Part shown: positions 10,628 to 21,235 of the stretch, piece by piece
How positions within the stretch are numbered: the stretch's first letter is position 1
Layout: the number at the start of each line of letters is the position of its first letter
Assembly: GCA_963663405.2 (NCBI GenBank)
Contig: CAXXSM010000149.1
Coordinates: 64,001-128,000 of the forward strand
Length of the DNA: 64,000 bases
Source: a bacterium
GTDB taxonomy: Bacteria > Hinthialibacterota > Hinthialibacteria > Hinthialibacterales > Hinthialibacteraceae
Reading direction: 5' to 3'
Made by a program: the position numbers and the translations under genes
The notes under the pieces: model-generated
Seen by the model: only the letters and a program-made list of their open reading frames with translations
Databases searched by the model: none
Told to the model about the DNA's origin: nothing

Positions 10628-10656
10628 TTGACAATTTTTCTGAAGACACGCATTAT
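10628..10656 (+). promoter_or_regulatory. putative sigma70 promoter upstream of the prepilin gene
   Basis: TTGACA (10628-10633), 17 bp, CATTAT (10651-10656). Confidence 0.4.
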
Positions 10657-10698
10657 GATAATACGAAATAGAAATACGTAACACTTCCAGGATCGAAA

Positions 10699-11409
10699 AT
10701 GTTATGCCTCCAAAAAGGATTCACTCTAATAGAACTTCTTGTCGTTGTGGCCATCATCGGGATTTTAGCCGGAATTGTTGGCGCTAATATGATCGACGCA
10801 TTGCGCCGCGCCGATGACGCCGCCTGTAAAGAGAATCTTCATTCCCTCTTCACCGCTATGCAGGCGTACCGTCTGGATTACGGCCGTTTTCCGCTTGTGG
10901 ATGGTGTGGCGGATACGGTATCCCGTCCTGAAACAACGGCGTGGGGATGCGGCCCGGCGGCGAACGGTTATTGGACCGGCGTCCCCATGTCCTTAGTCGA
11001 ATTAGGGTATTGTTCTGAGTCCTGCCTTTATTGTCCCGCTCTTAAGCGGCAGAACAGCCATACTATCGAAGCGTATTCAAATTGTGGGAATTCTTCCTTT
11101 TCGGGCAAGGAAGTCCCACAGTGGCGTTATTTGCGTTACGCGTACGATCGGGCTGCGATTGATTCCGGCGGGCCAGACAGCGAAAGCGAGGCGATTGGTC
11201 TCTTCAACATCGATCGAAACACCAATGACGTCTGGCTGGCGCGATGTATGCATGTCAATGTAGGGAAATACTACCGGGATCGCGACATCCGCTTTCCTCA
11301 TCGTATCGAAATTGACGAAGAAAGGCCCGATCTCGCCCATTTCGGCGAATACGAAGTCACCATCAACGGCAATATCCGCGAACATGCGGTTCAATTAAAA
11401 AGGAGATAA
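10699..11409 (+). CDS. prepilin-type N-terminal cleavage/methylation protein (pseudopilin-like)
   Basis: KG|FTLIELLVVVAIIGILAGI class III signal; AMQAYRLDYGRFP GspG-like helix; Cys-rich variable domain. Confidence 0.9.
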   Translation: MLCLQKGFTLIELLVVVAIIGILAGIVGANMIDALRRADDAACKENLHSLFTAMQAYRLDYGRFPLVDGVADTVSRPETTAWGCGPAANGYWTGVPMSLVELGYCSESCLYCPALKRQNSHTIEAYSNCGNSSFSGKEVPQWRYLRYAYDRAAIDSGGPDSESEAIGLFNIDRNTNDVWLARCMHVNVGKYYRDRDIRFPHRIEIDEERPDLAHFGEYEVTINGNIREHAVQLKRR

Positions 11410-11414
11410 GAAGA

Positions 11415-12737
11415 ATGAGACGATTTTGTGTTGGACTGTTTTCCGTTTTGATATTGATTTGTGCGATGCTCCAAAGCGCTTGGCCGCAACTGGCCGTTCC
11501 AGAATTTGGAGACGCCGTACAGATCACGGATACAGATCTTGCCTCCCTATTAGCGCGAAGTCCTGAAGGTTCTTTCATGTTCGACAGTCATGGAAGGTTG
11601 CATCTGGTTTACACGGAGAAAAATGCGGAGGGCACCAGTTTAGGGAATCCGGGTTTAATGCTGTATTGTAATTTTTTGGATGGGGAATGGTCCGAACCGT
11701 TAGCCATCCGTTCGGATGCAGGAGAAGGAATTCCATTCTGCAATGGAGGAGAACCAGCGCTTTGGGTTCAGGACGATCAAACCGTTCATTTTGTTTTTCA
11801 TGATTACCGGTACAGCACTAGCAGCAGCGGGACGAATCAAGTTGAAGTCTATTACCGTAAGTTACTTCCCTCAGGTGAATTCGAGTCCGATGAAATGCGA
11901 ATCACCGATAATGAGAAGAATTCATGGCGGCCCAAAATCGCGCTCAATCAAGACAACCAAATCGCTCTTGTATGGTATGATTATTCTCAAAGTTCCCTAG
12001 GCGATTTGATGCTTGCTTTGTCCGATTCGAATCAGCAATTTCCAACAGCCACGGATTATGCCAGCCAAGTCGTCGCGAACGCCAATCCAAATGGTGAGGG
12101 AGTTCAAATGACGAATGCTGTGTTTGATCATGAAGGTCGCCTTCATGTAGTGTGGACCGCGGCGGAACTGGATGGTTTTACGTATGTGAATGAACGCTTG
12201 ATATACGGCGTTTTAAACGATCCAGCGAGCCGAACTTTAGACCAAAGGATCGAAGTCAGTTCTCGCGGAACCCTTTCCACTGATCCGGCAAAGATTCAGG
12301 TCGACGATGATACCGTATGGATTGTATGGACAGATATGAAAACACAAATACCCAATATTTTTCTGGCTTCGAAAAAAATTGATCAATCAGAATTCAGCGA
12401 TCCTATACAGATCTCAAACAATGACCTTCCTGATGAGGTTGGTTTTGCTGATTTAGCCATCTCTCCGGATGGAATAATCTATACGGTCTGGACCGATTTC
12501 AGAACCGGTGAAGGTGATATCTATCTTCGAATGTATGATCCCGTTTCCATGATCCTTTCAGAGATCACTCAGATCACGACCGATGATTTCAATGTAGATG
12601 AAAAACCTGGAATCGCCATCAGTCCTAATGGACAGATCGCGATTCTTTGGGAGAGCAATGTGGAGGGGAGAACCAATTTGATGATGCTCCTAATGGAGTC
12701 CGATACTTCCGTCGGGGATTGGATGCGGTTCGATTAG
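11415..12737 (+). CDS. secreted acidic beta-propeller-like protein with C-terminal W-motif
   Basis: signal peptide; repeated (I/L)x(V/L)VWxD blades (LHLVYTE, VHFVFHD, ALVWYD, HVVWT, WIVWTD, YTVWTD, AILWE); ends DTSVGDWMRFD. Confidence 0.75.
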   Translation: MRRFCVGLFSVLILICAMLQSAWPQLAVPEFGDAVQITDTDLASLLARSPEGSFMFDSHGRLHLVYTEKNAEGTSLGNPGLMLYCNFLDGEWSEPLAIRSDAGEGIPFCNGGEPALWVQDDQTVHFVFHDYRYSTSSSGTNQVEVYYRKLLPSGEFESDEMRITDNEKNSWRPKIALNQDNQIALVWYDYSQSSLGDLMLALSDSNQQFPTATDYASQVVANANPNGEGVQMTNAVFDHEGRLHVVWTAAELDGFTYVNERLIYGVLNDPASRTLDQRIEVSSRGTLSTDPAKIQVDDDTVWIVWTDMKTQIPNIFLASKKIDQSEFSDPIQISNNDLPDEVGFADLAISPDGIIYTVWTDFRTGEGDIYLRMYDPVSMILSEITQITTDDFNVDEKPGIAISPNGQIAILWESNVEGRTNLMMLLMESDTSVGDWMRFD

Positions 12738-12762
12738 TGTGATATAGTACTGAAACTATGGA

Positions 12763-12790
12763 GGGCGGGTTATCTAAAACCCGCCCATTT
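12763..12790 (+). terminator. hairpin, possible intrinsic terminator or processing site
   Basis: GGGCGGGTT-atctaa-AACCCGCCC followed by ATTT. Confidence 0.5.
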
Positions 12791-12798
12791 TATGAAAA

Positions 12799-13347
12799 AT
12801 GATTGAACAATTACAACAAACGGTTTATATCCTCACCAATTCATTATTATGGCCCGTAGTGATTGCGTTGCTGTTCGGTATGGCGCACACTTTGTATTTG
12901 CTGGGCAATCTGTGCGCCGAAGCCTTTCAGCGGCGCGGAAAAGCGGTCGCCGTTGTGAATCCTGATGAGCCGGCGGATCAAATGAAACGGCGCCAGGGAT
13001 TTCTCGAATGGAAAAAACTTTCGACCCTTGATCCGTCCGCGAATCGCTGGCTTTTGCTGGATCGAACGGAAGCGGAACTCAGCCGCCGGGTCGATACCGC
13101 GAGAATCTGGGTGCGTCTCGGTCCCGCTTTGGGATTGGCTGGTACCCTGATCCCGCTGGGAAGCGCGTTGACCGCATTAGCGGCCAATGATTTGCAAATA
13201 CTCTCGCAACGGTTGATTCTAGCGTTTGGAACCACCGTGTTGGGATTGGTCGCAGGAAGTATCGCGTGGATTGTCTCTACGACGCTGGAACGTTGGTACC
13301 GCCTCGATCTGGCGGAAATTCGTCACAGTTTGGAGTCCGAAGAATGA
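12799..13347 (+). CDS. MotA/TolQ/ExbB proton channel family protein (HmuU-like)
   Basis: RLGPALGLAGTLIPLGSAL..LILAFGTTVLGL; three TM segments; next to DUF2149 and CobN. Confidence 0.9.
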   Translation: MIEQLQQTVYILTNSLLWPVVIALLFGMAHTLYLLGNLCAEAFQRRGKAVAVVNPDEPADQMKRRQGFLEWKKLSTLDPSANRWLLLDRTEAELSRRVDTARIWVRLGPALGLAGTLIPLGSALTALAANDLQILSQRLILAFGTTVLGLVAGSIAWIVSTTLERWYRLDLAEIRHSLESEE

Positions 13348-13701
13348 AATCGAAGCCTACGCATTCCGGTCTTGGTTTGTTGAGCGGCAACTCGCCGCGA
13401 TGACGATCCACTTTCCGGTTTGGCCAATCTATTTGACATCGGCATCGTGTTCGCGTTGGGATTCATGGTTTCGTTGATCAGCGCCTTGAATCTGCTCGAA
13501 ATGTTTAATCCTGACTCGAAAGTTACGATTACCACTGAACGGGAAGATGGATTGGAGATCACTGTGCGTGAAGGAAAAAAAACAACCGTGCGCCGATTGA
13601 CGAAGCAAGTCGGCAGCGGTGACGGTATCCGTTTGGGGACGGCGTACCGCTTGGAAGACGGTACGGTTGTGTATGTGCCTGATGGCGAAGAGATCCAATG
13701 A
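13344..13701 (+). CDS. DUF2149 protein (HmuV-like); apparent frameshift near 13384-13398
   Basis: DDDPLSGLANLFDIGIVFALG and GIRLGTAYRLEDGTVVYVP; the ATG at 13344 overlaps the exbB stop but is in a different frame from the conserved body. Confidence 0.8.
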
Positions 13702-16700
13702 AACGGTCTATTATCGGCTTCTTTTTTGTTTCTCTCTTCTTTCTTGTATTCCTCATACTCCTGTTTCAAGATAAAGAGATTCCTGGAGAGCGGATTCGAC
13801 TCTTGTTTCTGGTTTCTGATCCGGGAGCGGAACTCATCACGAAAGCCGTCGATTTGCTCTACCAAGAGTATCCACAATTCGCAAACAGCATCGATGTGCG
13901 TGTTCGCGCTCCCTCTACTACAGCGTTGGATCAACCTCTTCTTCCACACGACATGTTGATCGCCGAGGTGAAAGCCTCTCCCTGGATTATGGATCATGAA
14001 AGCGCTTTATCCGCATATCGTCCTTCTGACTCCTTATCCTCATTTCCCTATAAACGAATCGCTTTGGGACGTCTGGGCCCAGGATTAAGTGAAGAAATGC
14101 TGCCTTCATATGGAATGCGGCGAGATGACCTTTTGGATCGGTATTGGGATAATGGAGCGCCAAGCCAGGTAAAAGAAATGATCACTTATATTATGCGGTC
14201 CTACTTTGGTTATTCTCAACTTCAGGTGGATTCTCCGTCAGACATCATTAAACAGGGATTAATTGTCTTACAGGATCGAGGATATCGAATAGTGCAAAGT
14301 TGGAAGGAGTGGGAAGAAAGATCGAAGCCCAAGAATGATATCCCCAAAGTCGCTGTGTTGGAATACGCCACCCGTGTCCGGCGCGAGACCATTCAGATCC
14401 CACTTTCTATTGCAGCGGAAATTAGAAAACAAGGTATGCAGCCGGCGCTGGTGTTCGCCACAGAAGGCAGTCAAGCTGTTCGAGATTATTTGATTGATGA
14501 AAATGGGAATCCCCGAGTCGACGCTGTCATCTCCATGCATTTTAAATTCACAGACGAGAAGGCGGTCGAAGCGTTAAGCGCTCTCAATGTACCGGTCATC
14601 AACGCTATTCAAGTTTATGGACGAACGGTGGAAGAATGGCGGAATTCAACGCAGGGACTCAGTACGTCAGAAGTCGCATGGCAACTGGCTGTTCCGGAAT
14701 TGGCTGGGCTTTCTCCTCCAAACGTGGTTGGCGGAGTCGATAACAGTCGCAGCAGCATCTCCTACCAGGCGATTCCCGAACGTGTGACGCGAGCGGTTGG
14801 CCGCGCCCGGCAATGGATTGAACTGCAGCGCGCTCCTCCAGAAAAACGCCGAATCGCCATACTGTATTGGAACTATCCACCCGGAAAACAAAATGTCGGC
14901 GCCAGCTACTTGAATGTTGTCCGCAGCATCCCCGTCATGCTTCGTCATCTGCGTGAAGAAGGTTACGATACAGGAATTGTAGATTTAGACGATCCTCGCG
15001 AGATTGAACGGATGATTCTTCAGCGAGGCCGCAATATTGGGAATTGGGCTCCCGGTGAGCTCGATCGCTTGATTGATTCACAAAAAATCGATCTTGTCTC
15101 TGTCACTCAATACAAAAAATGGTTTACTGAACTCCCGCGTGATTTTCAGAAAACAATCATAGACTATTGGGGACCGCCAGAAGACGCTGAAATCATGGCG
15201 AAGACCATCGATGAGGAACAATATTTTATTCTTTCAACCATCCACGTAGGAAATATCGTCTTAATGCCACAACCTGACCGGGCGCGAACGCAAAACCTTG
15301 AGATGCTCTATCAATCGCAGGAACTGCCTCCTCACCATCAATATCTGGCGGCTTATTTATGGCTGCAACATGAATTTAAAGCCCAGGCTGTCGTTCACAC
15401 CGGAACGCATGGCACTCATGAATGGATGTCGGGGAAAGAATCCGGTTTATCCGGAAGCGATCCGGGGGAAGTTCTCGCAGGGACTTTGCCTATTTTGTAT
15501 CCATACATTGTGGATGATGTGGGGGAGGGGATTGTCGCTAAGCGGAGGGGGATGTCCACTGTCATCGACCATCTGACTCCAGCGTTAGGGGAAGGCGGAT
15601 TGTCTCCTGAATTACAAAAATTACTGACTTTGATTCAGGAATGGAGAAGCGCGCAAGGGAAGGATCCTGAATCCGCAAATCAATTCGCCGATGAAATCGA
15701 TCTTGATGTGAAGAAAAGAGGAATACACTTGGACTTGAAAGATCGGGGATGGTCTGAAGATGAAATGTCGAATGTGTCTTCATTTCCAAACCGGGCGTCA
15801 ACATTAGAAGATTATATCAACCAGATTCGAATTCAATCTATTCCTTATGGGTTGCATACATTTGGCGTCTCTCCCGATGGGGAAAAACTGGACAAGTTTA
15901 CTGACCTTATTGTGAAAGGGAACGGAGATGAATATCGAGAAACATATAGAAATAATTTAATTCAATGCGGAACGCAGGAGTTGGTAAGTTTGACAAAAGG
16001 TTTGAACGGCCAATATGTCCGTCCGGGACCGGGAAACGATCCCGTCCGGGATACTTTATCAATCCCGACAGGAAAAAACTTTTATACTTTCGATCCACGA
16101 ATCATTCCCACAGAACAATCGGACGAACTCGGAAAAAAAACTGGCGGAGGAGCTCGTCTCAAACCATCACGCGCAGCATGGAAAATACCCTGAAAAAATC
16201 GCCTTGCAGCTTTGGGGAGTGGAAACCATTCGGCACATGGGTGTGCAGGAAGCGCAAGGATTGGCTTTGATCGGCGTTGAGGTAGAGCGGGATGACCGAG
16301 GCCGGATCAAGGATTTGCATTTGATTCCACGAGAACAGTTAGGCCGCCCCCGCGTCGATGTCGTGTTTCATGCGACGAGTTTGTATAGGGATACATTCCC
16401 CGTGCTTTTCGAACTGATCGATAAAGCCGTCAACTTGGCCGCGTCGGCGCCGGAAGAAGATAATCCTATCCGAAACCACGCTCAAACTTTGGATGAACAA
16501 TTGATTGCGCAAGGCGTTCCTCCAGAACAGGCGCGAATCCGCAGTTTGGTTCGCATCTTTGCGGAACCGACCGGAAAGCACGACAGTAAAATTCACGCGA
16601 TGACCGCTTCCAGCGGAAGTTGGGATCAAGAAGAACAGGTCGGTAATAATTATATTCGACGCATGGGGCATGGTTATGGCGGTGGCGTCTGGGGGCAGCC

Positions 16701-17684
16701 CATGGAGCGTGAGTTTCGCAGCGCCTTGAGTGGAACGGAAGCGATCGTTCATACGCGCGCTTCGAAAATCTATTCGACCTTGGATAACGATGATTATTTT
16801 TCCTATGGTGGAAGTATCGCGTTGGGAGTGAGGACCGTCGACGGTGGTTCCAGCCCTCCATTTTTCGTTACGGATCTGCGAACGCCGGGCCAGGAAAAAC
16901 ACGAAACTCTCGAACGGTTTCTCGGTCAGGAATTCCGTTCGCGCTACCTCAATCCTGAATTCGCCAAAGCGATGATGGAGGAAGGATACGCCGGCGGCCG
17001 TCATGTGTGGAAAGCGGCGGAATATTTATGGGGGTGGCAAGTCGTCTATCCCGAAACTGTTGATGGCGCCAAATGGACAGAATTGTATGAAGTGTGGATG
17101 AAAGATCGCTACGATTTAAAGATGGGTAAATTCTTCGAAGAACACAATCCATACGCCAAACAAGGAATATCCGCCCGCATGTTGGAAACGATCCGAAAGG
17201 CTATTGGGACGCGCCGCAGGAGATCATTGATGATTTAACGAAAATCTATATTGAACAAGTCGCCAAACACGATGTGGCGTGCGATCATCTAACCTGCGAC
17301 AATCCTGATCTTCAAGATTTCATCCGCGAAAAAGCGGAAAAAATACCCTCTCTCGATCCCGCCACTATCGCCGCTTGGATTAAGAATGTGGAAACGGCGA
17401 CTGGAAAAACAATGGATGAAGCGTTGAAAAAACGAATCGCAGACCGGCAAAAGTGGCACAAGCCTCAAGAGATTCAAGAAATGGATCAACCAAAAGAAAA
17501 TGAAGCCAATGCTAACACACCCCAACCAGTGGAAGGATATGTTATGGAAGAAGAGGAATGCACAGCGTCTAAGGACAGCCCATCTCAGAACGATTCGTTT
17601 CGCTTGCTGGATGCTCTTGTTTGTTTCTGTTTGGTCTCTAGTTGGATTGCTGGCGCTTGCAAGTCTTACATACAAATGAAATAA
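13698..17684 (+). pseudogene. CobN/magnesium-chelatase family protein (HmuS/BtuS-like), split by two frameshifts (pseudogene or assembly error)
   Basis: PPHHQYLAAYLWL, HTGTHGTHEWMSGK, IVAKRRG, IPYGLHTFG, PTGKNFY, LWGVETIRH, LGRPRVDV, LDNDDYFSY, RSRYLNP, LWGWQ; shifts at the A8 run 16133-16140 and near 17197 (RKGYW); N- and C-terminal hydrophobic anchors. Confidence 0.85.
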
Positions 17685-17730
17685 TCAATTGACTGCGTTT
17701 TTTATATAATGATCAATACCTAACAATAAA

Positions 17731-18161
17731 TTATGATTTTGATATATTACTTAGATAGTTCCATGCCATAACATATTTTTTAATGCGGGCGATCTCTTTA
17801 TCGCCGAACTCATTCAGCCTTGAAATATCCATGTTGTCCAACAGATCGGCGCATTTGACTTTGTGTGCAACCGCATTCGTTTTCGTCCGCTCGATAAAAT
17901 TCTCATAAGACTCGTTTTCCGTCTTGTCACACAATCAAGCGCTTCCATAATTACATCTGAAAAGCCCATGGCTTTCAAATCTTGAAATGAGTATTCCGTA
18001 TCTTCGATCACATCATGTAGAACGGCCACCGTCATTTCGATTTCATTGGCTAGGCGAAACATAACGCGGAGAGGATGAAGAATATAGGGCTGACCAACTT
18101 TATCTACTTGGCCTGAATGGGCTTTGACTGCGAGTTGAATCGCTTTTTCAAGTAGTGACAT
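17731..18161 (-). pseudogene. HD-domain protein, small (p)ppGpp hydrolase-like; single frameshift near 17920
   Basis: AHSGQVDKVGQPYILHPLRV, AVLHDVIEDT, then KVKCADLLDNMD in another frame; adding one G restores TRRENESY. Confidence 0.8.
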
Positions 18162-18357
18162 AATCGTTTTCTCCTTTTGACATTGGTTGACTGATTATTT
18201 TTTTTTACTTCCACTACCATCGTATCCGGCCTTTGCTGGAACATGCGAGACAATGGCTAATATACAAATCCGGTTAGACATTGAATTACTGCCAAAAAAT
18301 GCTATTAGTAGTCAGTTGTCTAGGATAGAATATCACTTTGTCAGGAGTCGTAAACAG

Positions 18358-19304
18358 ATGGTCATCTCAAAGATTACATCGAATTCACCTTTACCTCAGC
18401 AATGCATTTCTCGCCGTACTCTCCTGAAGAATTCTGCAGCCGCGGCAGTAGTGATAGGGATAGCGGAATCGCCATCAGTGTGTACGGCCACTGAAAAATC
18501 TGAATCTGACACAACCACCCCCCAGTTTCCCTTCGGCAAGGTTATCGACTGTCATGCGCACTTGAATCATCGAAGCCGTTCAACCTGGAAGGAGGATGAC
18601 CGCAAGCTCATTGAGGCGGCGGACAAACTCGGAATCGATCAATTGTGTTGCTCGATCTTAACGCCAATAAGGCCGGCCACCGCTGACGGTTTTCGACAGT
18701 GCAACCAGTGGATGGCTGAAGACATGAAACGGTTCCGGGGCCGGGTGCTCGGGTATTGCTACGTCAATCCCGGTTATGGAAAGGAGGCGTTGGAGGAAAT
18801 CCGCCGCTGCGTGGAAGATCGAGGATTTATTGGTATTAAGCTCTACAACGAATATAACTGCGCTGAACCGGTGGTTTTTCCTATCGTGGAGCTGGCGATT
18901 GAGCTGGGTGTGCCAATCCTACACCACGCATTGCGTTTCCACTATACTTCCCTGAGGACCAACCGCGTTTAACCGATGGTGGACACCTCGCGGAACTGGC
19001 TGGCCGCTATCCCGAAGCTATGCTCATCTGCGCCCACATCTCCGGCGGTGGGGATTGGGAATGGACGGCCAAGGCCCTGCGTCACGCGCCTAACGTTATG
19101 CTTGATATGAGCGGCAGCGCTACAGACTATGGTTCGGTGGATATGGCGGTCGACGTGGCTGGTGTGGAGCGAATTGTGTTTGGCACGGATTCGTCCATGA
19201 CGGCTTGTGTGGGGAAGATTCGCGGAGCAAACCTGAGCCCACAGGACAAAGAGATGATTATGGGAGGGAATATGAAGAGACTCTTGCAAAGGAGGAAATC
19301 ATGA
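18358..19304 (+). pseudogene. Tat-signal amidohydrolase-2 family protein; frameshift near 18930-18950
   Basis: SRRTLLK Tat motif; IDCHAH, GFIGIKLY, PILHH; continues as LAELAGRYPEAMLICAH..IVFGTD in another frame. Confidence 0.75.
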
Positions 19305-20074
19305 TCATTGATGTGAATGCTTATCTAGGTCATTTTGCGTTCAGCCGGTTGTGTCACAACACAGCCGCGTCGCTGTTGGCGTTGATGGACACCAAGAAGA
19401 TAGACAAGGCGGTTGTTTCCAGCGCTAGCGCCATTACCTACCGCAACGCGCACGCTGGCAATGAAGAGGTGGCGGAAGAAGTCCGCAGCCATCGTGATCG
19501 ACTGATCCCATTCGCCGTGATAAATCCGTTCTATGCAGGATGGCAAGACGATCTGAAAATCTGTCACGAAGAATTTGGCATGAAGGGCCTGCGCCTTTAT
19601 CCCAACTGGCACAATTATCGGCTCTCCGATTCCTGCTGCCGGGAACTTGTTGACGCAGCGGCGCAGCGCGGCATGATCATCTCTATTCCAATACGTGTGG
19701 AGGATAATCGCGAGCGGAGCTGGCTGCTGAATGTGCTCGATGCGCCGCTGGAGGAGATTGTCGAATTGGTGAAAGCGCATCCGAACGCGCGTTTTATTCT
19801 GCTCAATGGCAGTGGCTATACAAGAAGTCCGCTGGGGCGAGAGAATAACGGCCTGCCGAACAATTATGCTATCGAACTATCCCGTTTGAGCGCTGTTTTG
19901 AGGAACGAGATTGGACAGCTCATCACAACGCTGGGTATGGAGCGGGTAATGTTTGGGACAGGAATGCCATTCAACTATCCGGATCCTGCTTTGGTGAAAC
20001 TCGAGGTGTTGGACATAAGCGAAGCGGATAAAGAAAAAATCCGCTCACAAAATGTGATGAACTGGCTGCGGTAG
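19301..20074 (+). CDS. amidohydrolase-2 family protein with degenerate metal ligands
   Basis: IIDVNAYLG, GLRLYPNWHNY, VMFGTGMP; ATGA overlap with the upstream gene, GGAGG RBS. Confidence 0.8.
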   Translation: MIIDVNAYLGHFAFSRLCHNTAASLLALMDTKKIDKAVVSSASAITYRNAHAGNEEVAEEVRSHRDRLIPFAVINPFYAGWQDDLKICHEEFGMKGLRLYPNWHNYRLSDSCCRELVDAAAQRGMIISIPIRVEDNRERSWLLNVLDAPLEEIVELVKAHPNARFILLNGSGYTRSPLGRENNGLPNNYAIELSRLSAVLRNEIGQLITTLGMERVMFGTGMPFNYPDPALVKLEVLDISEADKEKIRSQNVMNWLR

Positions 20075-20122
20075 TGACATAGATGAGATCAAACAGTGTA
20101 AGGTAAGGAGGATTCTTCAGTC

Positions 20123-21055
20123 ATGCGATTTATATTGATTGTTTCTCTGATGATGTCGATGTGTGCAGCGGGGCCGGCAGTTGGGGCTGATAAGCCGCTG
20201 GTTGTCGAGATATGGCCTGGGACAGCGCCGGATGAGATCGGCAATATCGGTGAGGAGATGATCCGTATGTCGCCAAAACTGGACCGCAAAAGGGTCGAGG
20301 TCACCGAGTCAACCAGGTTGGTGACCAATGTAACCAAGCCAACCCTTACCATCTATCGGCCGGCAAAAGACAAGGACACAGGGACTGCGGTACTGATCTG
20401 CCCCGGAGGAGGATACTGGGATCTCTATTGGCAACTCGAAGGCGAGGAAGTCGCGCAATGGCTGAACTCGATCGGTGTTACCGGTATTATCCTCAAATAC
20501 CGTGTGCCGCGGCGTCCTGATGAGCCCAAGAGCGAACCTGCCCGGCGCCCGCTTCAGGATGCGCAGCGGGCCGTAAGCCTAGTACGAAGCAAAGCCGGTC
20601 AGTGGGGTATTAATCCAAAACAAATCGGCATAGTAGGATTCTCCGCAGGCGGTCATTTGGCCATTGCGGCGGCGCTGAACTTTGAAAATCGAACTTACGA
20701 GCCTGTCGATGACGTTGACAAAATCAGTTGCCGGCCCGACTTCGCCATAGGGATTTATTCGGGCTTCTTGAAAGCGAAGGATAAAGACCAGATCGCTCCC
20801 GGCCTGCCTATTCCGGCTGGAGCCCCGCCGATCTTTCTCGCACATGGTGGAGACGACATTGTCAGTTCGCCGGAGAACAGCGTATTGATGTACCTAGCCC
20901 TGAAGAAAGCCAACATCCCAGCGGAACTGCACATTTACGCTACAGCCGCTCATGATTTCGGTGTACGCCCGAGTGAAAATCCATGCTCCACATGGATACA
21001 GGCGTGCGCCGCCTGGTTACGTTACCAGGGATTTCTAAAATCCCAGACACAATGA
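20123..21055 (+). CDS. secreted alpha/beta hydrolase (carbohydrate esterase, BD-FAE-like)
   Basis: ICPGGGY oxyanion loop, GFSAGGH nucleophile motif, HDFG; signal peptide. Confidence 0.85.
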   Translation: MRFILIVSLMMSMCAAGPAVGADKPLVVEIWPGTAPDEIGNIGEEMIRMSPKLDRKRVEVTESTRLVTNVTKPTLTIYRPAKDKDTGTAVLICPGGGYWDLYWQLEGEEVAQWLNSIGVTGIILKYRVPRRPDEPKSEPARRPLQDAQRAVSLVRSKAGQWGINPKQIGIVGFSAGGHLAIAAALNFENRTYEPVDDVDKISCRPDFAIGIYSGFLKAKDKDQIAPGLPIPAGAPPIFLAHGGDDIVSSPENSVLMYLALKKANIPAELHIYATAAHDFGVRPSENPCSTWIQACAAWLRYQGFLKSQTQ

Positions 21056-21235
21056 GTTAGAGGATTCTCTAAATCTGTGATCTCGTCCGATCCTTTTCAT
21101 TCACAATCTGACGTATACTGAAATGAAAAAAATGGATTGGAAATTTTAATAAAGGTCATATTTCCTAGATTAAATGGGTAATCTCGATTAAGATGCATCC
21201 ATAATTTCTAGATCAATAAGGAGAGACAACGAACA

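Noticed and set aside
10651-10682. Possible Fur/Zur box upstream of the pilin-chelatase cluster (CATTATGATAATACG...)
   Set aside because: Only about 11/19 matches to the Fur consensus and not palindromic; too weak in AT-rich DNA
12738-12798. Cobalamin riboswitch before the CobN-like module
   Set aside because: The intergenic region is too short and has no B12-box; only a simple hairpin
13323-13997. 224-aa minus-strand ORF, and similar ORFs at 16339-17004, 25348-25932 and 41642-42259
   Set aside because: Fully antisense to well-supported genes
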